DNA of 33,900 nucleotides from Candidatus Nealsonbacteria bacterium (GCA_003554445.1 PWGJ01000004.1:1-33900), one strand, 5' to 3'. Positions 9,616 through 19,289 are shown, counted from the stretch's first letter. Notes: generated by a model from the letters alone, not told the origin. Numbers and translations: made by a program.

Positions 9616-10840
9616 ACTTTTTCACATATTTTTTGAATTGATCACCTCTATCCTTGTAGCTTGAAAACATATTGAAGCTGGAAGATGCAGGAGAAAGAAG
9701 GCAGCTTCCGGATGATATATTTTCATAAACATTTAACACAGCGTCATTCATACTGTCAGCATAGATTATTTTTGGTGGATTTTTTGTTATCTTCCTTAGT
9801 TTTTTCTCTACATACTTGCCGGTTTCAGGAAAGAGCACAAGCAGCTCAAGCCCACTCTCAGCAATTTCTTCAGCTAAAACGTCATAGTCTCCACCCTTGT
9901 CAACTCCCCCGGTTATTAAAGCCTTCAACGCTTTAGTGTTTTTAACCGCTTGTGCTGCCGCTTCCGGAATTGTGGCGGCCGAATCATTAAAAAACTTTAT
10001 CTCTCTAAACTCCCCTACCAATTCCATACGATGCGGCAAAAAGGAGCTTTTTTTAATCACCTTTCGAGCTTTTTTTTCGGAAACACCGAAGAGTTTTACA
10101 GTTTTTAAAATCGGCTCCAGATAAACTGCTGAGTTTTTTATTCTTCTCTCGGGATTGAAAGCTATCTTATCAGCTTTAGAGCTTTTAATCATCTCCAAAA
10201 TTATTGGATCTTTTTCGTTGTAGATCAATTTATCACCTGTTTTTTGAAATTTTAGAATGTTCTTTTTCGAATCTCTGTATCTCTTAAAGTTTTTATGTTG
10301 ATCCAAGTGATCTTTGAAAATATTAAGGATAAGAGCAATTCCGGGGCTTGTTTTAGTGGTTTGTAGTTGAAAGCTGGATAACTCATATATAAAAATTCCG
10401 CTCTTCTCTAAAAAATTCAATACCGGCTCCCCTATGTTTCCCAGAAGATACACATCTTTACGCTCTTTTTTTAATATATTATGTATTAAAAGAGATGTTG
10501 TACTCTTCCCTTTAGTCCCCGTAACTCCTATAACGCTGTCTCTTTTCTCTTTTAAAAAAATATCGGTCTGGCTGGTAATTACTCTATTATCTGAAAATTT
10601 TTCAATTAAAGAGAAAGGAATCCCCGGAGACTTGATTATAACCTCATAATCCTTAATTGAATCCAAATATCCTTCACCAAAATAAGTTTCTACATTTTTT
10701 TGAGCCACCTCTTTTTTCTTTCTGTCCGCAATCCCTATTTTTTTATTCGGGAATCTTCTTTTAAAAAACTCAAGGGTGTCCCTCCCTTCTCTCCCGAAAC
10801 CGAGTATCAGTATCTTCTTTTCTTTAAGCTGATCAATCAT
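9602..10840 (-). CDS. murD: UDP-MurNAc-L-Ala--D-glutamate ligase
   Basis: KSPGIP, GVTGTKGKSTT, ELSSFQL, NDSAAT, LLSPASSSF. Confidence 0.95.
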   Translation of the reverse strand: MIDQLKEKKILILGFGREGRDTLEFFKRRFPNKKIGIADRKKKEVAQKNVETYFGEGYLDSIKDYEVIIKSPGIPFSLIEKFSDNRVITSQTDIFLKEKRDSVIGVTGTKGKSTTSLLIHNILKKERKDVYLLGNIGEPVLNFLEKSGIFIYELSSFQLQTTKTSPGIALILNIFKDHLDQHKNFKRYRDSKKNILKFQKTGDKLIYNEKDPIILEMIKSSKADKIAFNPERRIKNSAVYLEPILKTVKLFGVSEKKARKVIKKSSFLPHRMELVGEFREIKFFNDSAATIPEAAAQAVKNTKALKALITGGVDKGGDYDVLAEEIAESGLELLVLFPETGKYVEKKLRKITKNPPKIIYADSMNDAVLNVYENISSGSCLLSPASSSFNMFSSYKDRGDQFKKYVKKYGKQ

Positions 10841-10843
10841 AAT

Positions 10844-11944
10844 TTAACCCATTAATCTTATAACTACTCCTATTATTGCTGCAAAAACACCTATAATCCA
10901 AAAACGCATGGTTACTTTATAAGAAGGCCAACCCTTTCCTTCGAAATGGTGGTGTATGGGTGCGGCAATAAAGATTTTTTTCTTTAAGAATTTTTTGGAT
11001 AAAAGTTGTAAGATTACAGATCCGGATTCAATAACCAAAAGTATCGCTATTATCGGTAAAACGATAACCGAATCGGTTAAAAATGCAATAACGGTCAATG
11101 TCGTAGTAAGTCCCAATATTCCGGTTTCCCCCATGTAAAATCGTGCCGGAGGAATATTAAACCATAAAAAGGCCAGCATACTCCCTACTAAAACCAAACA
11201 AAACGCAGCTAAATTAATCATCCCCGACTCAATCGCAATAATTGTGAAGGCAGTAAATATGGCCGCAAAAGCTCCTCCCGATAGACCATCGAGGCCATCT
11301 ATAACACTACCGCTGTATGTAGCCAGCATAACAATTATAAAAAACGGTATGAATAAAATTCCCAAATAAAATTGTCCCACTCCGGGAATAAATATACTAT
11401 CTTGGCCGAGACGAAAATAAAACCACCAGCTTCCAATTATTCCAATTAGAGACACTAAAAAAATTCTATATTTAAGAGATAGACCACCTCCGATATATCT
11501 TTTCATCTTGCGAAACATAAATTTAAGAAATCCATTCTCCGGCTTTTCTATAATCTGCAAAATATCATCCGTAAGTCCGATTATTGACGCTGCAACCAAT
11601 GTGAATAAAGGGAGCCATGTCTGATTTCGACTTAAAAAATTAAGTTTTTCAATCCAGAAGTTATCCGACAAAAAAGTAAGTCCGTAAAAAAAGAATATTA
11701 AAATCAATGGAGGTATCCAAACCAAAAGACCGCCCAGTCTGGGCACACTCGTCTCTTTTTCAGAGTGATGTTTTTTAAAAACTTTCAGCTCTTTCCCGTC
11801 TATCCCTTTTTCTCTAACCTTATTCTTCCAGAGTTCATTTTTATACATGAAATGAGTTAAGGCGGGCGTGACGAGAAAAGTAAAAACAAATGAAATAACC
11901 CCCAAAACAAAAACCTTTGTAATATTTACTACTGCCGGATCCAT
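10844..11944 (-). CDS. mraY: Phospho-N-acetylmuramoyl-pentapeptide transferase
   Basis: VPRLGG, GLTDD, IDGLDGL, FNIPPARFYMG, APIHHHFE. Confidence 0.95.
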   Translation of the reverse strand: MDPAVVNITKVFVLGVISFVFTFLVTPALTHFMYKNELWKNKVREKGIDGKELKVFKKHHSEKETSVPRLGGLLVWIPPLILIFFFYGLTFLSDNFWIEKLNFLSRNQTWLPLFTLVAASIIGLTDDILQIIEKPENGFLKFMFRKMKRYIGGGLSLKYRIFLVSLIGIIGSWWFYFRLGQDSIFIPGVGQFYLGILFIPFFIIVMLATYSGSVIDGLDGLSGGAFAAIFTAFTIIAIESGMINLAAFCLVLVGSMLAFLWFNIPPARFYMGETGILGLTTTLTVIAFLTDSVIVLPIIAILLVIESGSVILQLLSKKFLKKKIFIAAPIHHHFEGKGWPSYKVTMRFWIIGVFAAIIGVVIRLMG

Positions 11945-11956
11945 AAATTATATTTT

Positions 11957-12952
11957 TTATATTTCATAAGCTTGATAAACCCAATCGATAAGCGCTTCCA
12001 TCTCTTCGAATCTTTCATTTCTTCCATCGGCACCCAAAATAATATTTACCACATAACCGTCATCAGTTTCCAGAACCATCACCAAACATCCCATCGCTCG
12101 ATAAGTAAAACCGGTCTTTCCCCCTATAATGTCTTCGTACCAATCCGGCTTTTCAGAAAAATAAGTTCCATCCAAGAATTTGTTAGTGGTATCGACTTGA
12201 TAATACAAATCGGATCGATGAGAAGAAATTCGGTAATTCGGCTTTTGCATAATTTTCCAAAATTCCGGTATCTCCAAAAGCTCCTCAATTAATTTCGCTG
12301 TGTCTCTTGCGGTAGATAAATTAACTCCGCGCACGGTGTCAAGCCCACTGGGATTATGATAAACAGTTCTATTCATTCCCAAATAATCAGCTTTTTCATT
12401 CATGAGTGAAATGAAATCATCAAAGTCAAGATCATCTGGTGCGGTTGCTGCCGCATACGCTCCACTATTATTCGATTCCAGTAATAACGGATAAAGAACT
12501 TCGCCGTAAGTGGTGTCCGTAAATACACGTAAATCATTCAAATGCTCATTAGTAAAAAATTCCGAATCGGGAATACCGATCGACTCATCAAGATCATAGT
12601 TTTCATAAACTACCAAAGCAGTCATCAATTTAGTTATACTTGCAACCGGAAGTCGTTTATTTCTATTTCTGCTGAAGAGTACCTGTTTTTCACCATCACT
12701 AAAATAGACTGAATAAGCAGCTTCCGCCTCAATTTCAGGAATTTCAACCCCTCTGTTTCTTGATAATATTAAATTTTCATCAATACCGATTGATGAATTA
12801 TTGTCTTTATCTGGATCTCTCTCACGAATTATGGGGTCTTCATTCTTTTCCGGGTTTTCTGAACTAGCAACATAGTAACCACTAGCAAAAACCAAAACCA
12901 AAACCGAAATAAAAATTATTGCTTTTTTACTCTTCATCATCTTCCAAAACAT
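11957..12952 (-). CDS. D-alanyl-D-alanine carboxypeptidase (peptidase S11)
   Basis: N-terminal TM, SxxK (ASITKLMT), SxN (ESNN), NPSGLD, KTG. Confidence 0.92.
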   Translation of the reverse strand: MFWKMMKSKKAIIFISVLVLVFASGYYVASSENPEKNEDPIIRERDPDKDNNSSIGIDENLILSRNRGVEIPEIEAEAAYSVYFSDGEKQVLFSRNRNKRLPVASITKLMTALVVYENYDLDESIGIPDSEFFTNEHLNDLRVFTDTTYGEVLYPLLLESNNSGAYAAATAPDDLDFDDFISLMNEKADYLGMNRTVYHNPSGLDTVRGVNLSTARDTAKLIEELLEIPEFWKIMQKPNYRISSHRSDLYYQVDTTNKFLDGTYFSEKPDWYEDIIGGKTGFTYRAMGCLVMVLETDDGYVVNIILGADGRNERFEEMEALIDWVYQAYEI

Positions 12953-14303
12953 TGATATGTAATTCTTTTAACTGATCTTTTTCTATATTTTTGGATGGAG
13001 TACCCATCATAAGACCTCTTCCGTCACCCGTTTTCGGGAATGCCATCACCTCTCTTATATTCTCCTCATCCAGTAAAACCATTAAAAATCTTTCAAATCC
13101 GAAAGCTATTCCTCCGTGAGGTGGAACTCCGTATTTGAAAGCGTCCAGCAGATGTCCGAATTTTGCCCTTATCTCCTCTTTTTCATGTCCCAGAACTTCA
13201 AAAACAGCTTCCAATATATCCGGGTCATGTGATCTTATACTCCCCCCACCTATCTCCTCACCATTCAAAACCAAATCATACTGAAATGCTGAGATTTTTT
13301 CAGGATTCTTCTTTATTTCATCAATTGATGCATCCGGCTTTGTGAAAGGATGGTGTTCAGCTCTAAAGCCTTTCTCAAATTTTTCAAACATCGGGAAATC
13401 AACCACAAAAGCGAAGGCTAATTCATCTTCATTATCTCTCAAGTCAGGGCGATCACTACCCCATTTTTTCATAGCCTTTTCATGGCTGATTCTCGGAAAC
13501 GGTTTTTCTTTTATTTTTTTATCCGGGAAAACCTCTTCAACAACTTTTATGAACATCTCCTCGACCAGATCCAAAACATCTTCACGTTCAACAAAGGACA
13601 TCTCCATATCAAGTTGGGTAAATTCGGCCTGCCGATCCGCTCTTATATCTTCATCCCTGAAGCAGCGAGCAAATTGAAAATATCTCTCCACTCCTCCCAC
13701 CATTAATAATTGTTTGTATTGCTGTGGGCTTTGAGGTAATGCGTAAAAAGCACCCGGTTGTTTTCTTGAGGGAACTAAAAAGTCTCTGGCTCCCTCCGGA
13801 GTTGATTTGGTAAGATTTGGAGTTTCAACCTCGATAAATCCTTTTTTAGTTAAAAATTTACGAAAAAAATGAGCGGCCTCATGTCTTTTTCTTAAATTTC
13901 TCTGCATTCTTCTTCTGCGTATATCAATGTAACGATACTTCATTCTCACCTCTTCATTGATCTCCTTCCCATCTCCGGCAACATGAAGTGGAGGTGTCTC
14001 CGCTTGATTTAAGATTTTTATAGCTTCCGCTTTCATCTCTACCTTTCCGGTAACTATTTCTTGATTTATCATATTTTCAGGCCTTTCTTTTACTTCACCA
14101 ACAACTTCAACTACCCACTCCCCTCTTAAATCTTCCGCATTATTGATCTCTTTAGGATTGACAACAATTTGCAAAACACCGGATCTATCTCTTAAATCCA
14201 AAAATAATATTTTGCCGTGAGCTCTTATTGAATCAACCCACCCACAAACCGAAACTTTCTCACCTACCTTTTTTACCGTATCTTCATTTAATATTCTTTT
14301 CAT
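12927..14303 (-). CDS. aspS: Aspartate--tRNA ligase, short bacterial form without the GAD insertion
   Basis: FLDLRDRSG, STPEGARDF, LPQSPQQYKQ, CFRDED, GGGSIR, PPHGGIA; only 458 aa. Confidence 0.96.
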   Translation of the reverse strand: MKRILNEDTVKKVGEKVSVCGWVDSIRAHGKILFLDLRDRSGVLQIVVNPKEINNAEDLRGEWVVEVVGEVKERPENMINQEIVTGKVEMKAEAIKILNQAETPPLHVAGDGKEINEEVRMKYRYIDIRRRRMQRNLRKRHEAAHFFRKFLTKKGFIEVETPNLTKSTPEGARDFLVPSRKQPGAFYALPQSPQQYKQLLMVGGVERYFQFARCFRDEDIRADRQAEFTQLDMEMSFVEREDVLDLVEEMFIKVVEEVFPDKKIKEKPFPRISHEKAMKKWGSDRPDLRDNEDELAFAFVVDFPMFEKFEKGFRAEHHPFTKPDASIDEIKKNPEKISAFQYDLVLNGEEIGGGSIRSHDPDILEAVFEVLGHEKEEIRAKFGHLLDAFKYGVPPHGGIAFGFERFLMVLLDEENIREVMAFPKTGDGRGLMMGTPSKNIEKDQLKELHINVLEDDEE

Positions 14304-14305
14304 CT

Positions 14306-14677
14306 TTATTTTTTTAAATATTTAGTTGATTTTTCAAGTATTTCTTTTGGAGTATTTTCAGTTTTAATTAAATACTCTTTTGCATCAAGATTGAAGGCTT
14401 CTTTTTTTGATTCCTGATCATCATAATTTGAAAAAGCGACAACCGGAGTTTCCGCTATATCCGAATCGAGCTTTCTTAATTTGATTAAAAACGATATACC
14501 CGTTTCACCCGGAAGTAAAATATCCAATAAAATTAAATCCGGATTTTTGGTTTTAGTTTTTTCCAGAGCCTCATCAACTCCGTTGGCTAAAAAAACATCA
14601 AAGCCTTCTTGGCTGAAGGCTTCTTTATACATTTGCGCAAGAGTTTTTTCATCTTCAACTATAAGTACTTTTGACAT
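14306..14677 (-). CDS. Stand-alone response regulator receiver protein
   Basis: VLIVEDE, PDLILLDILLP, FSN, YLIK; 123 aa, no output domain. Confidence 0.9.
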   Translation of the reverse strand: MSKVLIVEDEKTLAQMYKEAFSQEGFDVFLANGVDEALEKTKTKNPDLILLDILLPGETGISFLIKLRKLDSDIAETPVVAFSNYDDQESKKEAFNLDAKEYLIKTENTPKEILEKSTKYLKK

Positions 14678-14701
14678 GTTTAATAAATTTTATTTTGATT
14701 A

Positions 14702-14730
14702 ATTATACTAAAATTAACTAAAAATTACAA
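14702..14730 (-). promoter_or_regulatory. Promoter for the receiver-aspS-dcw-gltX run
   Basis: Minus strand TTGTAA-N17-TATAAT. Confidence 0.6.
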
Positions 14731-14764
14731 AAAAATAGAGCACCTATACAAGGTGCTCCTTTTT
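14729..14764. terminator. Intrinsic terminator, possibly bidirectional
   Basis: GAGCACCT-ataca-AGGTGCTC stem flanked by A- and T-tracts, overlaps the stop codon of the 125-aa ORF. Confidence 0.7.
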
Positions 14765-15121
14765 GATCGATTGTTCAGCGAGAAAAATAGATAGGTAAAC
14801 TGCTTCTTTCTGTAATTTTACCGGACCTCTGTCTATCTTTGTAGGTCTAACAACCCAAACTGCCGTGGGAAGATGTAAAGAAACCTTCCATTCTACTTCT
14901 GCAAATCTATTATACCTTTCAAGATAAGGGGTCAACTTTTCCACATCCTCTGAGCAGATATAAATCCAAGGAAAATTATATCTCGATTCATCCATATGTC
15001 CTTGACAACTGGATCTGGTCCTTACTCCCAAAAAATTTAAAGTAAATACCAGACAACTTATGCCTCTATCCAGACCGATCACCTCACGACATCCGAAATT
15101 AAAAAGATGGCATCTATCCAT
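14744..15121 (-). CDS. Hypothetical protein with Tyw3-like D..I..LV..LN..G..T.SSC.GH motif
   Basis: Strong SD (AAGGAGGGGAGG), own promoter and terminator, LDRGISCLVFTLNFLGVRTRSSCQGH motif. Confidence 0.75.
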   Translation of the reverse strand: MDRCHLFNFGCREVIGLDRGISCLVFTLNFLGVRTRSSCQGHMDESRYNFPWIYICSEDVEKLTPYLERYNRFAEVEWKVSLHLPTAVWVVRPTKIDRGPVKLQKEAVYLSIFLAEQSIKKEHLV

Positions 15122-15124
15122 TAG

Positions 15125-15172
15125 CCTCCCCTCCTTATAACATTAATGTAGCACAATAATAGAAGTAATCAA
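15125..15172 (-). promoter_or_regulatory. Promoter and SD of the 125-aa ORF
   Basis: TTGATT-N16-TACATT with TGn extension, followed by AAGGAGGGGAGG. Confidence 0.6.
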
Positions 15173-15173
15173 G

Positions 15174-16463
15174 CTATTTATCCATCAAAAAGTCAAATAT
15201 CTTTTGATTTTTCTTAATGTCGTGAATATAAGAACGTAATCTTTTCAAGTTTTCTTCGTTTTGGTTTTCAGCTGATTGACCGGTGTGTCGTAGATGCTTT
15301 TGAACTTCTTCTTCCACCTCTTCGTCACTAACCTCAATCTCTTCTTTTTCCGAAATCTTATGAAGAATAATTGCAGCAGCTACATTGTCTTCCGCCTTAC
15401 CTTTCCATTCTTCACGAAGCTCTTCTTTGCTTTTATCAATTTGATCCAAGTAATCATCAAAAGTTACTCCACTTTGCTGAAGCTGTCTTTGCATTTTATT
15501 TTCCATATTATCCAGCTCTCTTTCTACTAAAATGTCGGGTATTTGAAGTTCAGTATTTTCAATTAGTTTTTGAACGATTTTCATCTTTAAACTCTCTTCC
15601 TTTTCGGTTTCTTTTTCGGATTGAATTCCCTCCTCAATCTTTTCTCTCAGCTCTTCCAAGCTGGAAACATTAGGATGAAGCGATTCAGCAAACTCATCTG
15701 TTAACTCGGGAATTTCCTTCTCCGATACTGATTTTAGCTCCAAATTGAAATCAATATCCTTGCCGGCTAACTCTTTATTGTTACTTTCTTCCGGAATCGA
15801 AACGGTAAAATCTTTAACTTCTCCGGCTTTCATTCCCAATATTTCATCCTCAAATCCTTCCAGAGCATTAAATTGTCCGCTTCCCAACTCAAACTCAAAA
15901 TCTTCTTCTTCAATTCTTTTTTCATCTTCAACCTTTCCCGTGAAGCTGACGGTAACCTCATCTTCATTTTTTGCTTTTCTGTCAACTTGTTTGGAAACGG
16001 CTCTCGATTTTTGAATCCTCTCCAAAGTCTCTTCCACTTCACTATCCTCAACTTCCACATCTTCTACCTCTTCATCTGCAATCTTAGAAGCTATTTTTTT
16101 ATAATCGGGAAGCTCAAGTTCGGGCATTACATAAAAACTTGCCTTGTAGACCAAATCATTGCCCGGCGCCAACTGAATGAAATCAACTTCCGGTTGTGAT
16201 ATGGGAAATAAATCATTTTTCTGAATGGCTTCGGGGTAACTTTTTTCAACTGCAATATGTGCCGCTTCATGCCAAACTTTTTCTTTTCCGACTGAGTTTT
16301 CGACAACCTCCCTGGGAGCATTTCCGGGTCTAAATCCCTCAATATCCATCTCTTTGGAGAGGGCTTGAGCTGCTTGATCAACATAATCTTCAAACTCCTC
16401 CAACGGAATCGTCACCTTTAACTCCTTTTTAGAATTTTCTTTGTCTTCTAATTTAATATCCAT
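15174..16463 (-). CDS. tig: Trigger factor
   Basis: IEGFRPGNAP ribosome-binding motif, FKBP domain, 429 aa. Confidence 0.96.
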   Translation of the reverse strand: MDIKLEDKENSKKELKVTIPLEEFEDYVDQAAQALSKEMDIEGFRPGNAPREVVENSVGKEKVWHEAAHIAVEKSYPEAIQKNDLFPISQPEVDFIQLAPGNDLVYKASFYVMPELELPDYKKIASKIADEEVEDVEVEDSEVEETLERIQKSRAVSKQVDRKAKNEDEVTVSFTGKVEDEKRIEEEDFEFELGSGQFNALEGFEDEILGMKAGEVKDFTVSIPEESNNKELAGKDIDFNLELKSVSEKEIPELTDEFAESLHPNVSSLEELREKIEEGIQSEKETEKEESLKMKIVQKLIENTELQIPDILVERELDNMENKMQRQLQQSGVTFDDYLDQIDKSKEELREEWKGKAEDNVAAAIILHKISEKEEIEVSDEEVEEEVQKHLRHTGQSAENQNEENLKRLRSYIHDIKKNQKIFDFLMDK

Positions 16464-16521
16464 ATTTTTTTAATTTATTTTACTGACATTAAGAATAACA
16501 TATTGAGACTGACAGTCAAAG

Positions 16522-16965
16522 TTATTTTCCCAAAATTTGTACTTGAACTCTCCTATTTCTGGATCTGTCCAGTTCCAGTAAAAAAATTCTTTGCCACGTG
16601 CCGAGTTGTAATTTCCCATTTATTAGATTTATGGTGTTGGTCGGAGTTAAATAAACCGCTTTGCAATGAGAATGTCCATTTGCACATTCATCATCACACA
16701 TATTTACGGTTCGAACATCAAAATTATCGTGCTTATAATCGGATTTCCGGGGAGCAACTTCTTCCAAGTTTTTCTTTATATCTTCAATTAAAAGAGGTTC
16801 ATTTTCATTAAGGAGAAGAGTTGCCGTGGTGTGCATTGTCTGTACGTTTACCAACCCGTCCTTGATTCCGGTTTTATCTACAAAATTTTTAATTTCAGTG
16901 GTTATGTCAATAAATTCAAGACATTTTTCAGTTCTTATTTTTAAAGTTTTGTTTTCTATTTTCAT
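16522..16965 (-). CDS. yjbQ: YjbQ / UPF0047 family protein
   Basis: HTTATLLLNENEP, YKHD, NGHSH, LGTWQRIFLLELD. Confidence 0.92.
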   Translation of the reverse strand: MKIENKTLKIRTEKCLEFIDITTEIKNFVDKTGIKDGLVNVQTMHTTATLLLNENEPLLIEDIKKNLEEVAPRKSDYKHDNFDVRTVNMCDDECANGHSHCKAVYLTPTNTINLINGKLQLGTWQRIFLLELDRSRNRRVQVQILGK

Positions 16966-17014
16966 TTTTTAATTCGCTACAAAATCTTGTAATTCACTTT
17001 ATTAATTTTAATTT

Positions 17015-17046
17015 AAAAAGCCACCATAAAACAAGGTGGCTTTTTG
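17015..17046. terminator. Bidirectional-type intrinsic terminator
   Basis: AAAAAGCCACC-N9-GGTGGCTTTTT. Confidence 0.75.
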
Positions 17047-17053
17047 TTTAGCT

Positions 17054-17272
17054 CTATTTATCTTCTTCTTCATCCGATTCCGAGGCTTCGAAATCCTCAT
17101 CATCTTCTTCTTCAGAGTCATTGAAAGAAGATTCTTCCGGCTCCTTTTCACTCTCCGGGGTCACTTCTTCATCCACCGGAGTCATATCTTCATCCACATC
17201 CTCTAAATCTCCTTTGGTTACGTACCAAATAATGACAATTAAGATTACTATCAATATGACTAACCACTCCAT
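17054..17272 (-). CDS. Small membrane-anchored protein with a very acidic tail
   Basis: N-terminal TM followed by a D/E-rich low-complexity tail, located between murC and a terminator. Confidence 0.75.
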   Translation of the reverse strand: MEWLVILIVILIVIIWYVTKGDLEDVDEDMTPVDEEVTPESEKEPEESSFNDSEEEDDEDFEASESDEEEDK

Positions 17273-17291
17273 GATATTTTTAAATTGATTT

Positions 17292-18593
17292 TTAACCTTT
17301 TAAAAAGTCTTCCACCTTATATATGTCTCCTGCCCCAATTATAACTATTAATTCATTCCCCTGCAAATTATCTCTTATTTTGCCGGATATCTCTTTTAGA
17401 TTTCCGGGTAAATATTCAATTTTGCTTGATTCTACCTCGTCTACCAACGCTTTTGAGCTTATTTTATCCTTAATACTCTCCTTCTCCCTTCCCGGAACAC
17501 TATAAATATCAACAATGGAAAGTTTATCAACCGGAGATGACTTAAAAACCTCTACAAACTCCTTTTTTAAGTGCATACTCCTTTGATACTGGTGTGGTTG
17601 GAATATCGCCCATATTCTTCTCTCTTCAAACTTTTCTCTCGCAGCCTGTAAAACTGCTTTCAATTCCGTGGGGTGATGAGCATAATCAAGAACCAAGTCA
17701 TACTTCTTTTGATTAATTTGTATCTTTTTTTGTTCAAATCTTCGCCAAGACCCTTCATATTTTGACAATCCGTCCAGAATAAGATCACTTTCAATCTCCA
17801 AAGTTTTTCCAAGCCTGTAAGCAGCCAATGCATTTTCAAGATTGTGAACCCCGGGAACTTTTATTTTTTCTTTTACTTTTTCAGCAATCGAATCTTCCTT
17901 TGAAAAATAATTAACTTTTTGTTTAACTTTTAACCTCATCAAGTTTTCATCCTCATTATTTATGATTGCAACTCCGTTTTCATCCAATCTGTCAACATAA
18001 TTTTGAAAAGTTTCGAGCAGCTTCTCCAAGTTTTCATAATAATCGACATGCTCAAGTTCTAAGTTGGTAAGAATTATTATATCTGGATGATAATTCAAAA
18101 GTGACCCCTGCCACTCATCAGCTTCAATTAAAAGAATTTCGGAGTTACCCTTTCGATAATTAGAATCATTAAATTCTTTCAATTTGGTTCCCACGATAAC
18201 AGTCGGGTCCAATGAACCGGCTTCCAAAACCAGCGCAGCCATTGATGTAGTGGTGCTTTTTCCATGAGTTCCCGAAACGGCAATCGTAAAATAGTCTTTT
18301 GTCAGTTCTCCTAAAGCTTTCGGATAACTTCTGGTTTCGATTTCCATACTCTTTGCTTTTTTTATTTCAGGATTATCCTCGGGAATTGCCGGAGAAAAAA
18401 TTACAAGATCAGTCTCTTTTTTGATGTTTTTACTGCTGTGTCGATAAGTAATATCTGCTCCGAGCTCTTCCAGGTCCTCAGTAATTTTGCTTTTGGACAA
18501 ATCCGAACCGGTAACTTTATTTTTCTCCAAAAGAAAATGTCTTGCTAAAGCTGAAACTCCGATACCGCCTATTCCTACAAAATGTATGGTCAT
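17292..18593 (-). CDS. murC: UDP-N-acetylmuramate--L-alanine ligase
   Basis: HFVGIGGIGVSALA, SGTHGKSTTT, EADE, DYAHHPTE, FQPH. Confidence 0.97.
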   Translation of the reverse strand: MTIHFVGIGGIGVSALARHFLLEKNKVTGSDLSKSKITEDLEELGADITYRHSSKNIKKETDLVIFSPAIPEDNPEIKKAKSMEIETRSYPKALGELTKDYFTIAVSGTHGKSTTTSMAALVLEAGSLDPTVIVGTKLKEFNDSNYRKGNSEILLIEADEWQGSLLNYHPDIIILTNLELEHVDYYENLEKLLETFQNYVDRLDENGVAIINNEDENLMRLKVKQKVNYFSKEDSIAEKVKEKIKVPGVHNLENALAAYRLGKTLEIESDLILDGLSKYEGSWRRFEQKKIQINQKKYDLVLDYAHHPTELKAVLQAAREKFEERRIWAIFQPHQYQRSMHLKKEFVEVFKSSPVDKLSIVDIYSVPGREKESIKDKISSKALVDEVESSKIEYLPGNLKEISGKIRDNLQGNELIVIIGAGDIYKVEDFLKG

Positions 18594-19162
18594 TATTTAT
18601 TACTTTTAATACTTTTAATAATTTTATACTCGGGTCCGCCCTTTTTCAGCCTGCTTTCCATTATTTCGAATGACTCGATTTCAAAATTATCTTCAATGAA
18701 TTGATCTTCCAGAAGAGGGATCTCTTCCAAGGAAATTTTTTTAAATTCAAAAGTTCGGATACGACCCAGAGTTATATGAGGTTTAAACTCTTTAAGATCG
18801 GGGCTGTAGTTGGTATCGGACCCCTTTAACGCATCCTCCACTCGTTTCTTTAATTCTTGTAATTTTTTATTATCTTCCACAATTGCCCAAATCATCTTCG
18901 CCTCCCTCCTATTCGGAATATATTTGATCTCATCAGTATTAACTCGAAAAGAATTAAAGTTAATTTTTTCAACTTCTCTTTCAACTGACTTTAGTTCCGT
19001 TTTTTTAATTTGACCTAAAAAAGCTAAAGTTATATGTAAATTATCGGAAGAAACCCACTTGACCGGATCGCTGTCGAAATCAAGTGAAATCTCTTTCTGC
19101 TTATCAGCTAATTTTCCGATTGTTTTTTTTGGCAAATTAATTGCTATAAAGACTCTTGGCAT
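18593..19162 (-). CDS. thpR: RNA 2',3'-cyclic phosphodiesterase (2H family)
   Basis: RVFIAI, two HxT motifs (LHITLAFLG, PHITLGR), GPEY. Confidence 0.93.
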   Translation of the reverse strand: MPRVFIAINLPKKTIGKLADKQKEISLDFDSDPVKWVSSDNLHITLAFLGQIKKTELKSVEREVEKINFNSFRVNTDEIKYIPNRREAKMIWAIVEDNKKLQELKKRVEDALKGSDTNYSPDLKEFKPHITLGRIRTFEFKKISLEEIPLLEDQFIEDNFEIESFEIMESRLKKGGPEYKIIKSIKSNK

Positions 19163-19272
19163 ATTTTTTTATCTCTTCTTTTCAATTATGTAACAGCTCC
19201 TCAATTATTTCAACTTTTATTGTTTTTTAATTTTAAATTTTTATTAATTTATATTTAATTTTTTCTAAAATA

Positions 19273-19281
19273 TGATAAAAT
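19273..19281 (+). promoter_or_regulatory. Extended -10 promoter, probably giving a leaderless amrS transcript
   Basis: TGaTAAAAT ends 8 nt before the ATG at 19290, no SD. Confidence 0.55.
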
Positions 19282-19289
19282 GATATGTA

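Noticed and set aside
16482-16517. GACTG-A-CAGTC palindrome over the tig -35 region plus a second ACTGACA half-site, as an operator
   Set aside because: Only 5-bp arms and a single instance, compatible with chance; no regulator nearby
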